Part shown: positions 9,139 to 19,475 of the stretch, piece after piece
Layout of the letters: each line of letters begins with the position of its first letter
Numbering within the stretch: position 1 is the stretch's first letter
NCBI GenBank assembly: GCA_038243585.1
Contig: JBBSQY010000032.1
Coordinates: 1 to 37,938 of the forward strand
Direction of reading: 5' to 3'
Length of the DNA: 37,938 bases
Origin: Candidatus Sumerlaeales bacterium
Lineage (GTDB): Bacteria; Sumerlaeota; Sumerlaeia; Sumerlaeales; Sumerlaeaceae
Program-made: the position numbers and the translations under genes
The notes under the pieces: generated by a model
Seen by the model: the letters and a program-made list of their open reading frames with translations, nothing else
What the model was told of the DNA's origin: nothing
Database searches by the model: none

Positions 9139-9771
9139 TTATTCGGTAATGCGGGGTTTTTCAACAGGGGATTTTGCGACTTTTACCATGGCTGCCCTTA
9201 GAAGCTTTTCTTTATAAATATATCCAGACATTAACACTTCCGAGATATGATTGTCGGGCACATCAGCGCGTTCTTCGGTGATAAGCGCGTCATGCATTGC
9301 AGGATTAAATTTCTGATGGAGCGCATCAACCTTTTGAAGACCTTCCGCTTCAAGCGTCCGGTAAAGCTGTGTAGAGATCATGGTAACGCCATCGCGCACG
9401 GATTTCACGTCAACTGCGGTTTCCGCACTGGTTATAGCCCGTTCCAGATTATCAATTACCGGAAGCAGCTTTGATAATATGACTTCTGCCGCTGCCTCTC
9501 GAATCATTTCCTTCTCCCGCTGCGCACGTTTGCGGAAGTTTTCGAACTCCGCCCGCTGACGCAGAACGGTTTCGCGTAGCTGTGCCAGTTCAGGATCCAG
9601 CGCTGGTCCGGACGGCGACTGGCCGGTGGCGGGTCTATCCACGGACACGGCAACAGGCGATTTCTCAGACAAAGCGGAATGGCCGGATCCAAGAAGATTT
9701 CGGCAGACGTTCATTTTTCGCCTGAGCCCGTAGCGTTGTCTGCCGTTGGAAGCCTGACGTCGTGTTGGCAT
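9139..9771 (-). CDS. grpE: Nucleotide exchange factor GrpE (start 9771 or 9714)
   Basis: LRQRAEFENFRKR, LLPVIDNLERA, FNPAMHDAL, GYIYKEKLLRAAMVKV. Confidence 0.92.
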   Translation of the reverse strand: MPTRRQASNGRQRYGLRRKMNVCRNLLGSGHSALSEKSPVAVSVDRPATGQSPSGPALDPELAQLRETVLRQRAEFENFRKRAQREKEMIREAAAEVILSKLLPVIDNLERAITSAETAVDVKSVRDGVTMISTQLYRTLEAEGLQKVDALHQKFNPAMHDALITEERADVPDNHISEVLMSGYIYKEKLLRAAMVKVAKSPVEKPRITE

Positions 9772-9916
9772 AAAAATAGGTCCTGCCGCATTTGTATTTG
9801 ATTCCGAAGGGTACCAGTAAGCGCGCTGTTCAATCACGGCGGACTGGCTTCCCCGCAAACCGTTGGCGCAAAAGCGGTAATAGGCGATCCTGTGATGCTT
9901 ATTAGGCGCCCGAAAG

Positions 9917-11113
9917 GTGATATTGGAAAATACGCGACATAGATATTCTCCGCGCGACTCGGTGGTCATCACCGGAATTGGATGCGTAACGCCTCTCGGG
10001 CAATGCGTCGATAATCTGGTCGCGGCAATGCGGGCGGGGCGAACGGCTGTTCATCCGGTTGTGCTTGATGCTGTGCTCCCTATTTTAATGGGGCTTGTCT
10101 CAGAGCGCGATTTCCCGCGTCATGATGGCGACATGGGCGGAGATTTTTGCCTGGCGGCAGCGCGAGCGGCCTGGGAAATGGCCAGACTGCCGGATCAGCC
10201 CCCTGACCCCTGGCGGGTGGCTACCGTAATCGGCTCCAGCAAAGGACGGGTAGGGAATTTCTGCGGCGGAAAGGACGGAGGCGCGTTGGCTGCGTTTGAC
10301 CCGGGAGCTTATCCCGGCCACACCCTGGCGCTTTATGTGGCCCGCGCCATGGGCCTCGCCGGACCTTTGCTCAACTTTCCCGCCGCATGCGCGACCGGAT
10401 CCGTAGGCCTTATCCGCGGAATTCAATGCCTGCAAAATGACGAAGCCGACATCGTCTTGGCGGGCAGTGGCGAAGCCAGTGGTTATGCGCTGATTATGGC
10501 CGGATTTAAGAACATGGGTGCTCTGAGCGATCAGCCGATGCGCCCGTTTGACCGGCGCCGATCCGGGTTTAACCCCGGAGAAGGTGCCGCGGTATTTGCC
10601 CTGGAGAGAGAAACCGACGCCCGCGCCCGCGGAGCCTCCATCCTGGCTAAAATCGCAGGCTGGGATTATCGCTCCGACGCCTTCCACCTGACCTCCGCCG
10701 ATCCCTCTGGCGATACCGTTGCGTACGCAATCCGCCGCGCCGTCGCTCAGGCTGGCTGGAGGGCCAGTGATGTGGAATACATCAACGCCCACGGAACCGG
10801 AACTGTGTTAAATGACTTGGTGGAAGGGCGGGCCATAATTGCTGCCCTGCCCGGCCACCAGCCCCTCGTGTCCGGCATCAAGCCGTACATCGGCCATCTG
10901 CTGGGTGCCAGCTCGTCGGTCGAACTCGCCTTGACTCTTTTATGTCTCCGCGAGGGCTTCGTGCCGCCCACCCCCGGCCTGGAACAGCCAGACGTCAATA
11001 TTCCCTTGCAGTTCGTTGAGCCGGGCGGCCGGAATGCGCGTGTGAATCGTTTTTTAAAACTCTCGTTAGGGTTTGGCGGTCATATCAGCGCGCTTGCATT
11101 GGAAATCTCCTGA
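9917..11113 (+). CDS. Beta-ketoacyl-ACP synthase II family protein (FabF-like)
   Basis: VVITGIGCVTPLG, catalytic Cys in AACATG, RPFDRRRSGFNPGEGAA, INAHGTGT, GHLLGAS, SLGFGG. The Cys-His-His triad is intact. Confidence 0.88.
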   Translation: MILENTRHRYSPRDSVVITGIGCVTPLGQCVDNLVAAMRAGRTAVHPVVLDAVLPILMGLVSERDFPRHDGDMGGDFCLAAARAAWEMARLPDQPPDPWRVATVIGSSKGRVGNFCGGKDGGALAAFDPGAYPGHTLALYVARAMGLAGPLLNFPAACATGSVGLIRGIQCLQNDEADIVLAGSGEASGYALIMAGFKNMGALSDQPMRPFDRRRSGFNPGEGAAVFALERETDARARGASILAKIAGWDYRSDAFHLTSADPSGDTVAYAIRRAVAQAGWRASDVEYINAHGTGTVLNDLVEGRAIIAALPGHQPLVSGIKPYIGHLLGASSSVELALTLLCLREGFVPPTPGLEQPDVNIPLQFVEPGGRNARVNRFLKLSLGFGGHISALALEIS

Positions 11114-11204
11114 CGCCAAAACGTATTTTGCGGCATTTTGAGAAGTTTGTCCTATATCTAATATTATCCGGCCTGTCCGCCATGGCCATGGGAGTTTTAA
11201 CCGA

Positions 11205-14200
11205 ATGCAATTTGTCTTCCGTGCAGCCATCATAGCGCTGCTCGTTCTGCCCTGCCTGGGAATAACCGCTAAGCCTATTGATTTGACTGGGCGTCACCTT
11301 CCGTTTATGATTTCTGACGACAGCATCCTGTCGGGCACTCTCGAAAGCCGGTTTGTACCCGGCGGAAAATCTGTTCAGGTTAAGCCGGAACTGACACCCG
11401 ACGCAGCCTCGCTGATCTATGGCCTATTGATCCCAGGTATTGCCGAGACCACCGTCACTGTAAACGGCGCACGGGTAGACATTGTACCGCTGGAGCGCCG
11501 CGACAGCCTGCTTTATTGGGTCGATGCGAACCAATTGACTGTCGGTGAAAACGCTGTTCGAATTGATCGCTCTACCGCCGCGTCGTGGGCCGGCGTTGTC
11601 ATGTTTTCTCTAATAGATACTTTCGAAGAGGATCATTTTAATCAGGCGTTCAGCAAAGTGTCTGCCACCTCCGAGGCCCGATCCGTGCGCGACACTCCGC
11701 CGTCATCTAATCAGGACGATTACGACGTCCTTTGGTATGACTGCACCTGGGCACCAAGTATGTCGGCCGCCTACATGAATGTTGGATCGGAAGCAACCAT
11801 GGGAGCGCGCGCGCTGGTTAATAATTTTCAAACAGCCGATATTGACTTCGACATGAACCCCAGCGGCAACGGTGGAGCGCCCATGGTTATCGATTATATC
11901 GATTCAGGGGCCGGGACAGCGCCCCTTTCCTATGTCATCATGCCCAGCAGTGTTGCTCCTCGAATTCGTGTCACGTTGCCAACCCCTCTAACGGCAGGCA
12001 GTGATTTTAAAATAAGGATTGGCTACCATGGCGCTCCGAACGACAACGCGGCCACCGAAATTTTCAACACAAATCCTCTTTATGCGCGTACGCACGGCTC
12101 TAACAACAGACCTGTCGTTTTCAGTGTCAGCCAGCCCTACGGCACGCGCCGGTGGTGGCCATGCAAAGACCACCCGTCGGACAAGGCGACAACTTCCATT
12201 CAGCGGATCGTAGTGCCGAAGCAGGCAGGCTACACGTTAACTGCCGTCAGCAACGGATTACTCACCAATACCATCGACCACGGAACCACCCTGGAGTACG
12301 TATGGGAAAACAGTTATCCCATCGCCACCTACCTGATGTCCATGGCCATCAGCGACTACATTTATCGCGGCGGCACTTACACATCTCAGGATGGGCAAAA
12401 GACGATGCCGGTGGGGCACTGGATTCACTCAGAGCATTTGGGCCTCGATGGAAACGGACACGTAGGGACCATACAGGCGATGAACTTTTTTGCGGAAGTC
12501 TTCGGCGAGTACCCTTTTATAAACGAAAAATACGAAACCGCCGCTTGGGGTCTCACCTACGCCATTGAGCATCAGACCGCTACCAGTATGCCTTCGGGAG
12601 CGAGCGACGGAGTTGGCAATGGCCTGGGCCGCCGCAACGTGCACGAACTTGCCCATCATTGGTTCGGAGACAAAGTTACCATGCACAGCTGGAATCACCT
12701 GTGGCTGAACGAGGGCTTCGCTACCTATTGCGAAGCGCTGTTCGACGAATATTTCAGAGGAAATTTCTCGTTTCACACCCGGGTGAATGGTTGGATTGTC
12801 GGTTCAGGTCCTGTAGTTAGTACAAACGGCGATGGCTTTGGGGATGGCAACATTTATAAACGCGGCGCCTGGGTGCTTCACATGCTGCGATTTACAATTG
12901 GCGACGATAACTTTTTTGCCGCCATGCGCGCCTATGCCGCCACGGGTTATACCACGGCGCTTTCCCAGCCGGGCAACGGTGACGCGCCAGTGGATTTTCA
13001 ATCGGTGGTGGAGCAGGCCTCCAATATGGCTCCCGGCACCCTGAATGCTTTTTTCACACAATGGCTCTATAGTTCCAACAACGGCCCAAACCATTCCAGC
13101 CGCCCCACCTACTCCTATTCAGCCTCCTATGATCTGGAAACGAGCAGCGTACAGGTACGCCTTAATCAAACCCAAAGCAGATCAGCCTTTCAGATGCCGG
13201 TAGAGATAGGGCTAATAGCTGCCGATAGCGCAACGACCTCCGTTATAGTACCGGCGGGCGATTCCATGGCGACATTCCCAATGGGGAATTTTGTGCCCGT
13301 CGTTTCGACTCTCGATCCGGACAATTGGGTGCTCAACTATCAAAGCACCAGCATCGAAACCGTCAGCCTGGCGCCGGCAATTTTAAACGAACCGTATTCC
13401 TTTACATTGTTGCAGTCCAGCACTAGCGGATCATGGCAAAAGATCAGCGGGGCAAGCTGGATCACTGTCAGCGGCACCGGCGTCATACAGGGGACTCCTC
13501 CCGCTACCGGAGTGTATCCTGTTTCCGTAAGATTGACTCGCTCAGGAATTTCGATCGACGCGGCGTATGACCTGATCGTAGCGTCAAACTCGCCACCTCC
13601 CAGCGTTGTCATTAATGAACTCCTTTATGAAAACAACGACGGAGACGATACCGCGGAATACGTTGAATTGCTGAACGTCACCGGCGATCCGGTTGATATC
13701 AGCGGCTGGCAAATCGCTCCGATTAGCGGCTCCACCGGCGAGGCCACCGCTGCGACGGTCACGATCCCATCCGGAACCATCCTGCAGCCGGGTGATTACT
13801 ACGTGGCGGGCAACCCGTCGCCCATTAACGCGGTCTACGGCAATGTCGTTGACCTTAACACCAACTGGAATGAATCGCTTTCAGACGCAGACCCCAGCGC
13901 CATCGTTTTGAAAACAAACCTGGGAGTGCGCGCTGATTCTCTGGCATATCGCTCCGATCGCTCATTTGCTTCTGGCAGCCAGACATCACTGGCCCTGGCT
14001 GAAGGCGGCACCGGGCGCGGTATCTCCGCCGGTATCACTAATGTCACAGACAACGCCGTGCTAGGGCGCTTGCCTAACGGCGCAGACAGCGGCAGTAACC
14101 TGTTGGATTTCGCACTCATCCCCCCGTCGCCCGGCGCTGCCAATTCCGCCGGTTACACACTTCCATTCTTCGATGATTTCAACGCGGGACCTCGTGCCGA

Positions 14201-14921
14201 ATGGAAACCCGCCTTCGAGACCCCTGTTCGCGTGGCCATCCCCGGTCAGGCGGGAAAACCTCCTGTTGCCGCCCCGGCGCCAGCCGGGGGAGCCGCCCTG
14301 GAAGTCTATGACACCACGGGTGGTGGCGATGTCGCTTATCTGCCCGGGGCATTCGAAAAGCTGAATATGGAAGGCTTCATCTGGATTCCTCAAAACGTAA
14401 GCCCGGGGGGGGCCTGGTCCACCGGCGTCGGGATCGCTACCCGTGTGGAATCAGCCTGGTTCAGCGGGTCCAATGGGTTCGCCCTTCAAAATGGCTTCTA
14501 CCTGGAATACCAGAACGGTCCCGACGTCCGCCTTTCAGGCGGACGGGTGCCTGACACCCCCGGCATCGCTCGTCTGCTGGCGGTGGACGCATCTGCGACA
14601 CCAGGCGTTGGATTTTCCGGTTTTTCCGTCACCTCGTTAGGCGGTTCTACGGTAGTAGCGCCTGGTAGCTGGCAACCATTCAGGCTCTTTTTTGATGGAC
14701 CCGCAAACCGGTTATACGCCAACATCGGCAACAGCGTAATCTACGACGGGGTCATTCCGGCCGGCGGCTATCCCCTCTCCGGGGGCGTTACCATTGGATT
14801 CCGAGAAAACCACTCGGGCAACTTATCCGCTGCCAACCGGGAAGGAACATGGGTGGATAATATAAAATTAAACACTGATGCTCCGGCTCGGGCCGGAATA
14901 GAAGACTTCAACCTGTATTAG
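11205..14921 (+). CDS. Secreted multidomain M1-family zinc aminopeptidase with Ig-like, lamin-tail (LTD) and C-terminal beta-sandwich domains
   Basis: Signal peptide, RRWWPCKDHPSDKAT, HELAHHWFG...WLNEGFATY (HEXXH-X18-E), catalytic Tyr in IYKRGAWVLHMLR, and LTD motif VVINELLY...AEYVELLN...DISGWQI. Confidence 0.88.
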   Translation: MQFVFRAAIIALLVLPCLGITAKPIDLTGRHLPFMISDDSILSGTLESRFVPGGKSVQVKPELTPDAASLIYGLLIPGIAETTVTVNGARVDIVPLERRDSLLYWVDANQLTVGENAVRIDRSTAASWAGVVMFSLIDTFEEDHFNQAFSKVSATSEARSVRDTPPSSNQDDYDVLWYDCTWAPSMSAAYMNVGSEATMGARALVNNFQTADIDFDMNPSGNGGAPMVIDYIDSGAGTAPLSYVIMPSSVAPRIRVTLPTPLTAGSDFKIRIGYHGAPNDNAATEIFNTNPLYARTHGSNNRPVVFSVSQPYGTRRWWPCKDHPSDKATTSIQRIVVPKQAGYTLTAVSNGLLTNTIDHGTTLEYVWENSYPIATYLMSMAISDYIYRGGTYTSQDGQKTMPVGHWIHSEHLGLDGNGHVGTIQAMNFFAEVFGEYPFINEKYETAAWGLTYAIEHQTATSMPSGASDGVGNGLGRRNVHELAHHWFGDKVTMHSWNHLWLNEGFATYCEALFDEYFRGNFSFHTRVNGWIVGSGPVVSTNGDGFGDGNIYKRGAWVLHMLRFTIGDDNFFAAMRAYAATGYTTALSQPGNGDAPVDFQSVVEQASNMAPGTLNAFFTQWLYSSNNGPNHSSRPTYSYSASYDLETSSVQVRLNQTQSRSAFQMPVEIGLIAADSATTSVIVPAGDSMATFPMGNFVPVVSTLDPDNWVLNYQSTSIETVSLAPAILNEPYSFTLLQSSTSGSWQKISGASWITVSGTGVIQGTPPATGVYPVSVRLTRSGISIDAAYDLIVASNSPPPSVVINELLYENNDGDDTAEYVELLNVTGDPVDISGWQIAPISGSTGEATAATVTIPSGTILQPGDYYVAGNPSPINAVYGNVVDLNTNWNESLSDADPSAIVLKTNLGVRADSLAYRSDRSFASGSQTSLALAEGGTGRGISAGITNVTDNAVLGRLPNGADSGSNLLDFALIPPSPGAANSAGYTLPFFDDFNAGPRAEWKPAFETPVRVAIPGQAGKPPVAAPAPAGGAALEVYDTTGGGDVAYLPGAFEKLNMEGFIWIPQNVSPGGAWSTGVGIATRVESAWFSGSNGFALQNGFYLEYQNGPDVRLSGGRVPDTPGIARLLAVDASATPGVGFSGFSVTSLGGSTVVAPGSWQPFRLFFDGPANRLYANIGNSVIYDGVIPAGGYPLSGGVTIGFRENHSGNLSAANREGTWVDNIKLNTDAPARAGIEDFNLY

Positions 14922-14965
14922 AATCAGCAATAAACATCTAATACTTGTCTCAATCAAAATACCTG

Positions 14966-14994
14966 TTGACCTCGCAGATCGCCGCTTATAGTTT
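14966..14994 (+). promoter_or_regulatory. Possible sigma70 promoter of the GGDEF-EAL/cbiX operon
   Basis: TTGACC-N17-TAGTTT in an AT-rich intergenic region. Confidence 0.35.
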
Positions 14995-15060
14995 AAGGAA
15001 GCGCTAAAATAAGCTTTAACAAGTGGAACTTCTTACGCGAATTAATTACTTAACTAGCAA

Positions 15061-18000
15061 TTGGATGAATCTTTGGAAGCAGATCGGGACAAACTCCAGG
15101 TAAAGCCACCGGAGGCCAGCGGCAGGAACAGGACGATTCCCGCCGACGCCGAAACGGTGATCGCACAGTTGCGTGCCGACTTGGAGCGAACGGATAATCT
15201 GAAAGCCGTCTCGCATCTGATGCGTGACGCCTGTAACCGTCTGTGGCAGTGGGACGCTTTTTTCTTCAATGTGCGGCGCGGTCGCGGGAGCGGCCATTTC
15301 AGGTCATTCCTTTTAATCGACACCATCGGTGGCGAAAAGATCGATTGCACCAAGGGACACAGTTTTCACGCGGAGTGGTCCGACACCTGGTCTCAGTTGT
15401 CACAAGGCAAGCCGGTTCTCAGAAACCCTATTGCGCACGAATGCAAAACCGGCGTCCATTCATGGGGAGATAGTGAAAGACTGTCAGCCAGCCTTATGTT
15501 TAGCCCGGTAGTCATCAACGACAGGGTCATGGCAATCATCTCAGTCCAAAGTTACACATCAAACCAATTCGACCGGGCGGACACCGCGTTGCTGATGCGA
15601 CTGGCGGACGTATGCGCGCCCACGGTTTCCCGCTGTCTGTCCAGCGAATATACCCAGGAATTTCTGAATCTGGGAAAGCGCCTGAACCGGGTGGTGGACA
15701 CCAATGGCGTTGCTCGCATAATAGCCGAAACGGCGGCGAACTTGCTGGGGTGGGATTTCTTCTCCCTTCATTTACTTGATCCTGCGAAGTCAGTGCTTAA
15801 TCTTGAAGTGGCGATTGAACGGCGTAAAACGGACAGCAAATTTTTCCCTGCTTCCGGAAACAGCATTTACCCTCAGCCGGGGCGGATACAGGACGCGTTG
15901 ACCGGCAAAGCCATTTCCGTCGTTACCAAGCAAATCACCCTGGACGACCGTCGGCAGCTGCTCCCGTTCGGCGATTCGCTCCCCCTCTTATCGTCGCTGA
16001 TATTTGCGCCCATTCGGGATGGCGATCATCTGATGGGCCTCATTTGCTTACAGAGCACGATATCATCAGCCCTTGGCCGCGACGAGGCAGAGACCGTAGC
16101 CGAGCTGGCCGAATACTGCAGCGGCGCCCTGAAACGTGCATGGGCGCAACAGGTTTTAAAGGAACACTCGGAAAACTATCGTCTCCTCGTCGAGAACATC
16201 AATGACGCCGTTGTCATAAGTCAAAATGAGCATTTCGTATTTTTTAACCATCGATTTGCGGCCATGCTGAATTACGACTTTGAAGAGCTCCAAGAGAAAA
16301 CATATAAGAACATTTACACAAAAGAGGGTTTGGATATCCTTTACGCCCGCGGAGCGCAGCGCGAGGCCGGCGTGGATGTGCCGGGGAATTATGAAACCTT
16401 TTTCGCGACAAAAAATGGCCATGCTCTGCCGGTGGAAGCCAATGTCGCCATCATTCCGGATTATAAAGGACAGCGAGCGACCTTTGCGGTTATAAGAGAC
16501 ATCACTGAGCGCAAGGAGGTAGAGGAAAAACTCCAGCAGTCAGAACAACAATTCCGAACCCTGTTCGACGCCATGACCGATCTCATCATGGTGCTGGATG
16601 AAAACGGCACTTATTTAAACCACGGGGTGGGCGGATACCACCAGCTGGCGCTCCCTTGGGAGCAGGTGGTTGGCAGGACTTGTCATGAGTTATTCTCTAA
16701 GGAAAAAGCGGACTATTTCGTCCAAAACATCCACCGTGCGCTGCAGCACCGTGAAACTGTCAGCATCGAATACGATATTGACCGCGAAGGAGGAAACCAG
16801 TGGTTTAACGCCTTTATTTCGCCATTATCTGAAACAACCGTGCTGATCGTGGCGCGGGATGTGACGGAAAAGCGAAAAGCGGCGGATGATCTGTTTCGCA
16901 GCAACGCCCGCTACAAGGCTCTACTGGACGGCAGCGAAGACTATATTTTCGTGCTCGACCGCGATTTGCGTTTCCTTCATGTCAATTCCGTCATCGAAAA
17001 ACGGTTTGGCACCACCCCGGAAGCACGCATCGGACAGACCGTCTGGGACCTCTATAAAGATAAAGAGATCCCTCCATACATCAGCGTTATACAACAGGTA
17101 TTTACCACCGGTGAATCCGCGACCTACGATGACGACGCAGTTTTGAATGAGAAGCTGATCTGCACGGAAACCGTGATTAGTCCTGTCTTTGACCGCTCCG
17201 GAGAAGTGGAGGCCGTATTAGGCGTTTCCCGCGACGTGACAAGCCGCCGGCAATCCGCCCTGGCGCTCGAAAAAAGCGAGCAGCGTTATGCGGTGGCTGT
17301 CCGCGGAGCCAACGATGGAATCTGGGATTTGGATATGCAGGCAAATAACCTGTATCTGTCCCCGAGGTGGTGGGCTATAATCGGGGAGGAGACCGACGGC
17401 GACGACGGCAATTTTGCTCCCGACGTCTGGTTTGATCGAGTCCATGTGGAGGATGTCGTTCTACTCCAGGAGAAAATTCATGATCACGTCCAGGGCAGGA
17501 CTCCCCACCTGGAAAATGAACACAGAATCAGACATTCCGACGGAACCTACTGCTGGGTGCTTTGCCGCGGGCTCTGCGTGCGCGACGACAGCGGCAGAGC
17601 TATTCAAATGGCCGGGTCCATGAGCGACATCACCTCCAGAAAAGACGCCGAGGAGAAACTCCAGTTTGGGGCGCGACATGATGCCCTTACCGGCCTTCCA
17701 AATCGACCCCATTTCCTCTACTGCCTGCAAAAGGCCATGGCGAGAGCGCGCCGTCGGGGCAATGATTCCGGACAGTTCGCGGTGCTGTTTCTGGATCTGG
17801 ACCGGTTCAAGGTTGTCAATGACAGTCTTGGACATCTGGCTGGCGACGAACTAATTATCGCTACGGCGCGGCGTCTGGAGAAATGTGTGAGACCGGGAGA
17901 CACGGTCGCGCGCATGGGCGGCGACGAATTTACCATACTGCTGGAAGACCTCTCCCAGGGCGGCGATGTCATTCAGGTAGCAACGCGCATCATCAACGAA

Positions 18001-18993
18001 CTGAGCGCGCCTGTTCGCATAAACAGCTTTCCCGTGGAGGTCACGGTAAGCATCGGCATAGCCTTTGACAGGCCCGAGTATGCGGAGCCGGATGAACTAC
18101 TGCGCGACGCCGATACCGCCATGTATCGCGCAAAAGAAAACGGAAAAAACCGTTACCAGGTGTTCGATCAGCAGATGCACAATAGCGTTTTAGGGCGACT
18201 CCAGTCGGAAAGCAGCCTGCGGCGGGCTGTGGCGCGGCAGGAGTTTGTTCTGCATTACCAGCCAGTATACTCCATGAGCGACAGCAGCCTGTCAGGATTT
18301 GAAGCATTGGTTCGGTGGAATCATCCGGAGAAAGGACTGGTGCCGCCGGCGGAGTTCATACCCCTCGCTGAAGAAACCGGTCTGATTATTCCCATGGGGT
18401 GGTGGATCATTGATCAGGCGGCCCGGGCTTCTGCCGTATGGAACCGTAATCGCTCCGACGACAACCGGTTAAAAATCAGTATAAACGTTAGCCCTAAGCA
18501 GTTTTCCCAGCCCAATGTGCTGGAGCACATGATGAGTCTGATAGCGGATTCGGGAGCTCGCCCGGAAGATATCGTTCTGGAAATTACGGAAACCCTCCTC
18601 ATGGAAGACTCCGCTGTTGTATCGGAAGTCTTGCAGCAGCTGAGAGGAACATGTATCTGCCTGGATCTGGACGATTTCGGGACCGGCTACTCCTCCTTGT
18701 CCTTTTTACGCCGCTCGCCCCTGGATATGATCAAGATTGATCAGTCGTTTGTGCGGGATTTATGCGCAGACACCAAAAGTCAGGAAATTGTAAAGGCCAT
18801 CATGTCTCTGGCCAGAGGGCTGGGTCTTCGGGTCACCGCCGAGGGCGTCGAAACCATTGAGCAGTATGAAACGCTTTTACAGATGGACTGCGACTGGGCG
18901 CAGGGCTATTTTTTCCATCGCCCCATGCCGTTCGAAGAGACACTGAAAATACTTTCACAAAAATTCGAACTGCCCTCGCTGCGCCCCCATTGA
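15061..18993 (+). CDS. Diguanylate cyclase/phosphodiesterase, GAF-GAF-PAS-PAS-PAS-PAS-GGDEF-EAL
   Basis: Four PAS/PAC units ending RDITERK, RDVTEK, RDVTSR and SDITSRK. HDALTGLPNR, DLDRFKVVNDSLGH, RPGD I-site plus RMGGDEF, GFEALVRW, DDFGTGYSS. The TTG start is uncertain. Confidence 0.95.
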   Translation: MDESLEADRDKLQVKPPEASGRNRTIPADAETVIAQLRADLERTDNLKAVSHLMRDACNRLWQWDAFFFNVRRGRGSGHFRSFLLIDTIGGEKIDCTKGHSFHAEWSDTWSQLSQGKPVLRNPIAHECKTGVHSWGDSERLSASLMFSPVVINDRVMAIISVQSYTSNQFDRADTALLMRLADVCAPTVSRCLSSEYTQEFLNLGKRLNRVVDTNGVARIIAETAANLLGWDFFSLHLLDPAKSVLNLEVAIERRKTDSKFFPASGNSIYPQPGRIQDALTGKAISVVTKQITLDDRRQLLPFGDSLPLLSSLIFAPIRDGDHLMGLICLQSTISSALGRDEAETVAELAEYCSGALKRAWAQQVLKEHSENYRLLVENINDAVVISQNEHFVFFNHRFAAMLNYDFEELQEKTYKNIYTKEGLDILYARGAQREAGVDVPGNYETFFATKNGHALPVEANVAIIPDYKGQRATFAVIRDITERKEVEEKLQQSEQQFRTLFDAMTDLIMVLDENGTYLNHGVGGYHQLALPWEQVVGRTCHELFSKEKADYFVQNIHRALQHRETVSIEYDIDREGGNQWFNAFISPLSETTVLIVARDVTEKRKAADDLFRSNARYKALLDGSEDYIFVLDRDLRFLHVNSVIEKRFGTTPEARIGQTVWDLYKDKEIPPYISVIQQVFTTGESATYDDDAVLNEKLICTETVISPVFDRSGEVEAVLGVSRDVTSRRQSALALEKSEQRYAVAVRGANDGIWDLDMQANNLYLSPRWWAIIGEETDGDDGNFAPDVWFDRVHVEDVVLLQEKIHDHVQGRTPHLENEHRIRHSDGTYCWVLCRGLCVRDDSGRAIQMAGSMSDITSRKDAEEKLQFGARHDALTGLPNRPHFLYCLQKAMARARRRGNDSGQFAVLFLDLDRFKVVNDSLGHLAGDELIIATARRLEKCVRPGDTVARMGGDEFTILLEDLSQGGDVIQVATRIINELSAPVRINSFPVEVTVSIGIAFDRPEYAEPDELLRDADTAMYRAKENGKNRYQVFDQQMHNSVLGRLQSESSLRRAVARQEFVLHYQPVYSMSDSSLSGFEALVRWNHPEKGLVPPAEFIPLAEETGLIIPMGWWIIDQAARASAVWNRNRSDDNRLKISINVSPKQFSQPNVLEHMMSLIADSGARPEDIVLEITETLLMEDSAVVSEVLQQLRGTCICLDLDDFGTGYSSLSFLRRSPLDMIKIDQSFVRDLCADTKSQEIVKAIMSLARGLGLRVTAEGVETIEQYETLLQMDCDWAQGYFFHRPMPFEETLKILSQKFELPSLRPH

Positions 18994-19475
18994 TTTCGAA
19001 ACCGGCATTGGTGCTGTTCAGCCACGGATCACTACTTTGTGGATCTGGAAGCACGCTGGATGCACACGCGCAGCAGCTTCGAGAATCTGGCGACTTCAGC
19101 ATGGTTGAACCAGGGTATCTTAACTACAGCATTCCGCCGGTGGAAGAAGCGGTGCGGCGATGCGTAGAGGCCGGCGCGACCACGATTGTTATAGCCCCCT
19201 ATTTCCTGGTGGCGGGCAAGTTTGTGATCGAGGATCTGCCGCCCAGACTGGAATCGGTGATTCCATTGTTCCCACAAATCAATTTTGTAGTGACGCGCGC
19301 GCTGGAAGATTCTGAAGACATGCCTCCCGCGATCGAACAGGTGCTTGTAACCGCAGAGGATCCGAAGAAATGGCAACGCCGCGCCATTGAGAAAGCCCGG
19401 AGCCAGTGTGAACTGCGCAAGGACTGCCCCCTGTATGGCTCGCCCATGTGCCGCTCAGGATCGGCGAGCGCATGA
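18990..19475 (+). CDS. Short CbiX/SirB-family chelatase domain protein with Cys-rich tail
   Basis: FSHGS, GYLNYSIPPVEEAV, APYFLVAGKFVIEDLP and C-terminal CELRKDCPLYGSPMC. TTGA overlap with the upstream stop. Confidence 0.8.
   Translation: MISKPALVLFSHGSLLCGSGSTLDAHAQQLRESGDFSMVEPGYLNYSIPPVEEAVRRCVEAGATTIVIAPYFLVAGKFVIEDLPPRLESVIPLFPQINFVVTRALEDSEDMPPAIEQVLVTAEDPKKWQRRAIEKARSQCELRKDCPLYGSPMCRSGSASA

Noticed and set aside
9772..9972. N-terminal extension of grpE in the ORF track
   Set aside because: It overlaps the divergent fabF-like start and has no GrpE similarity.
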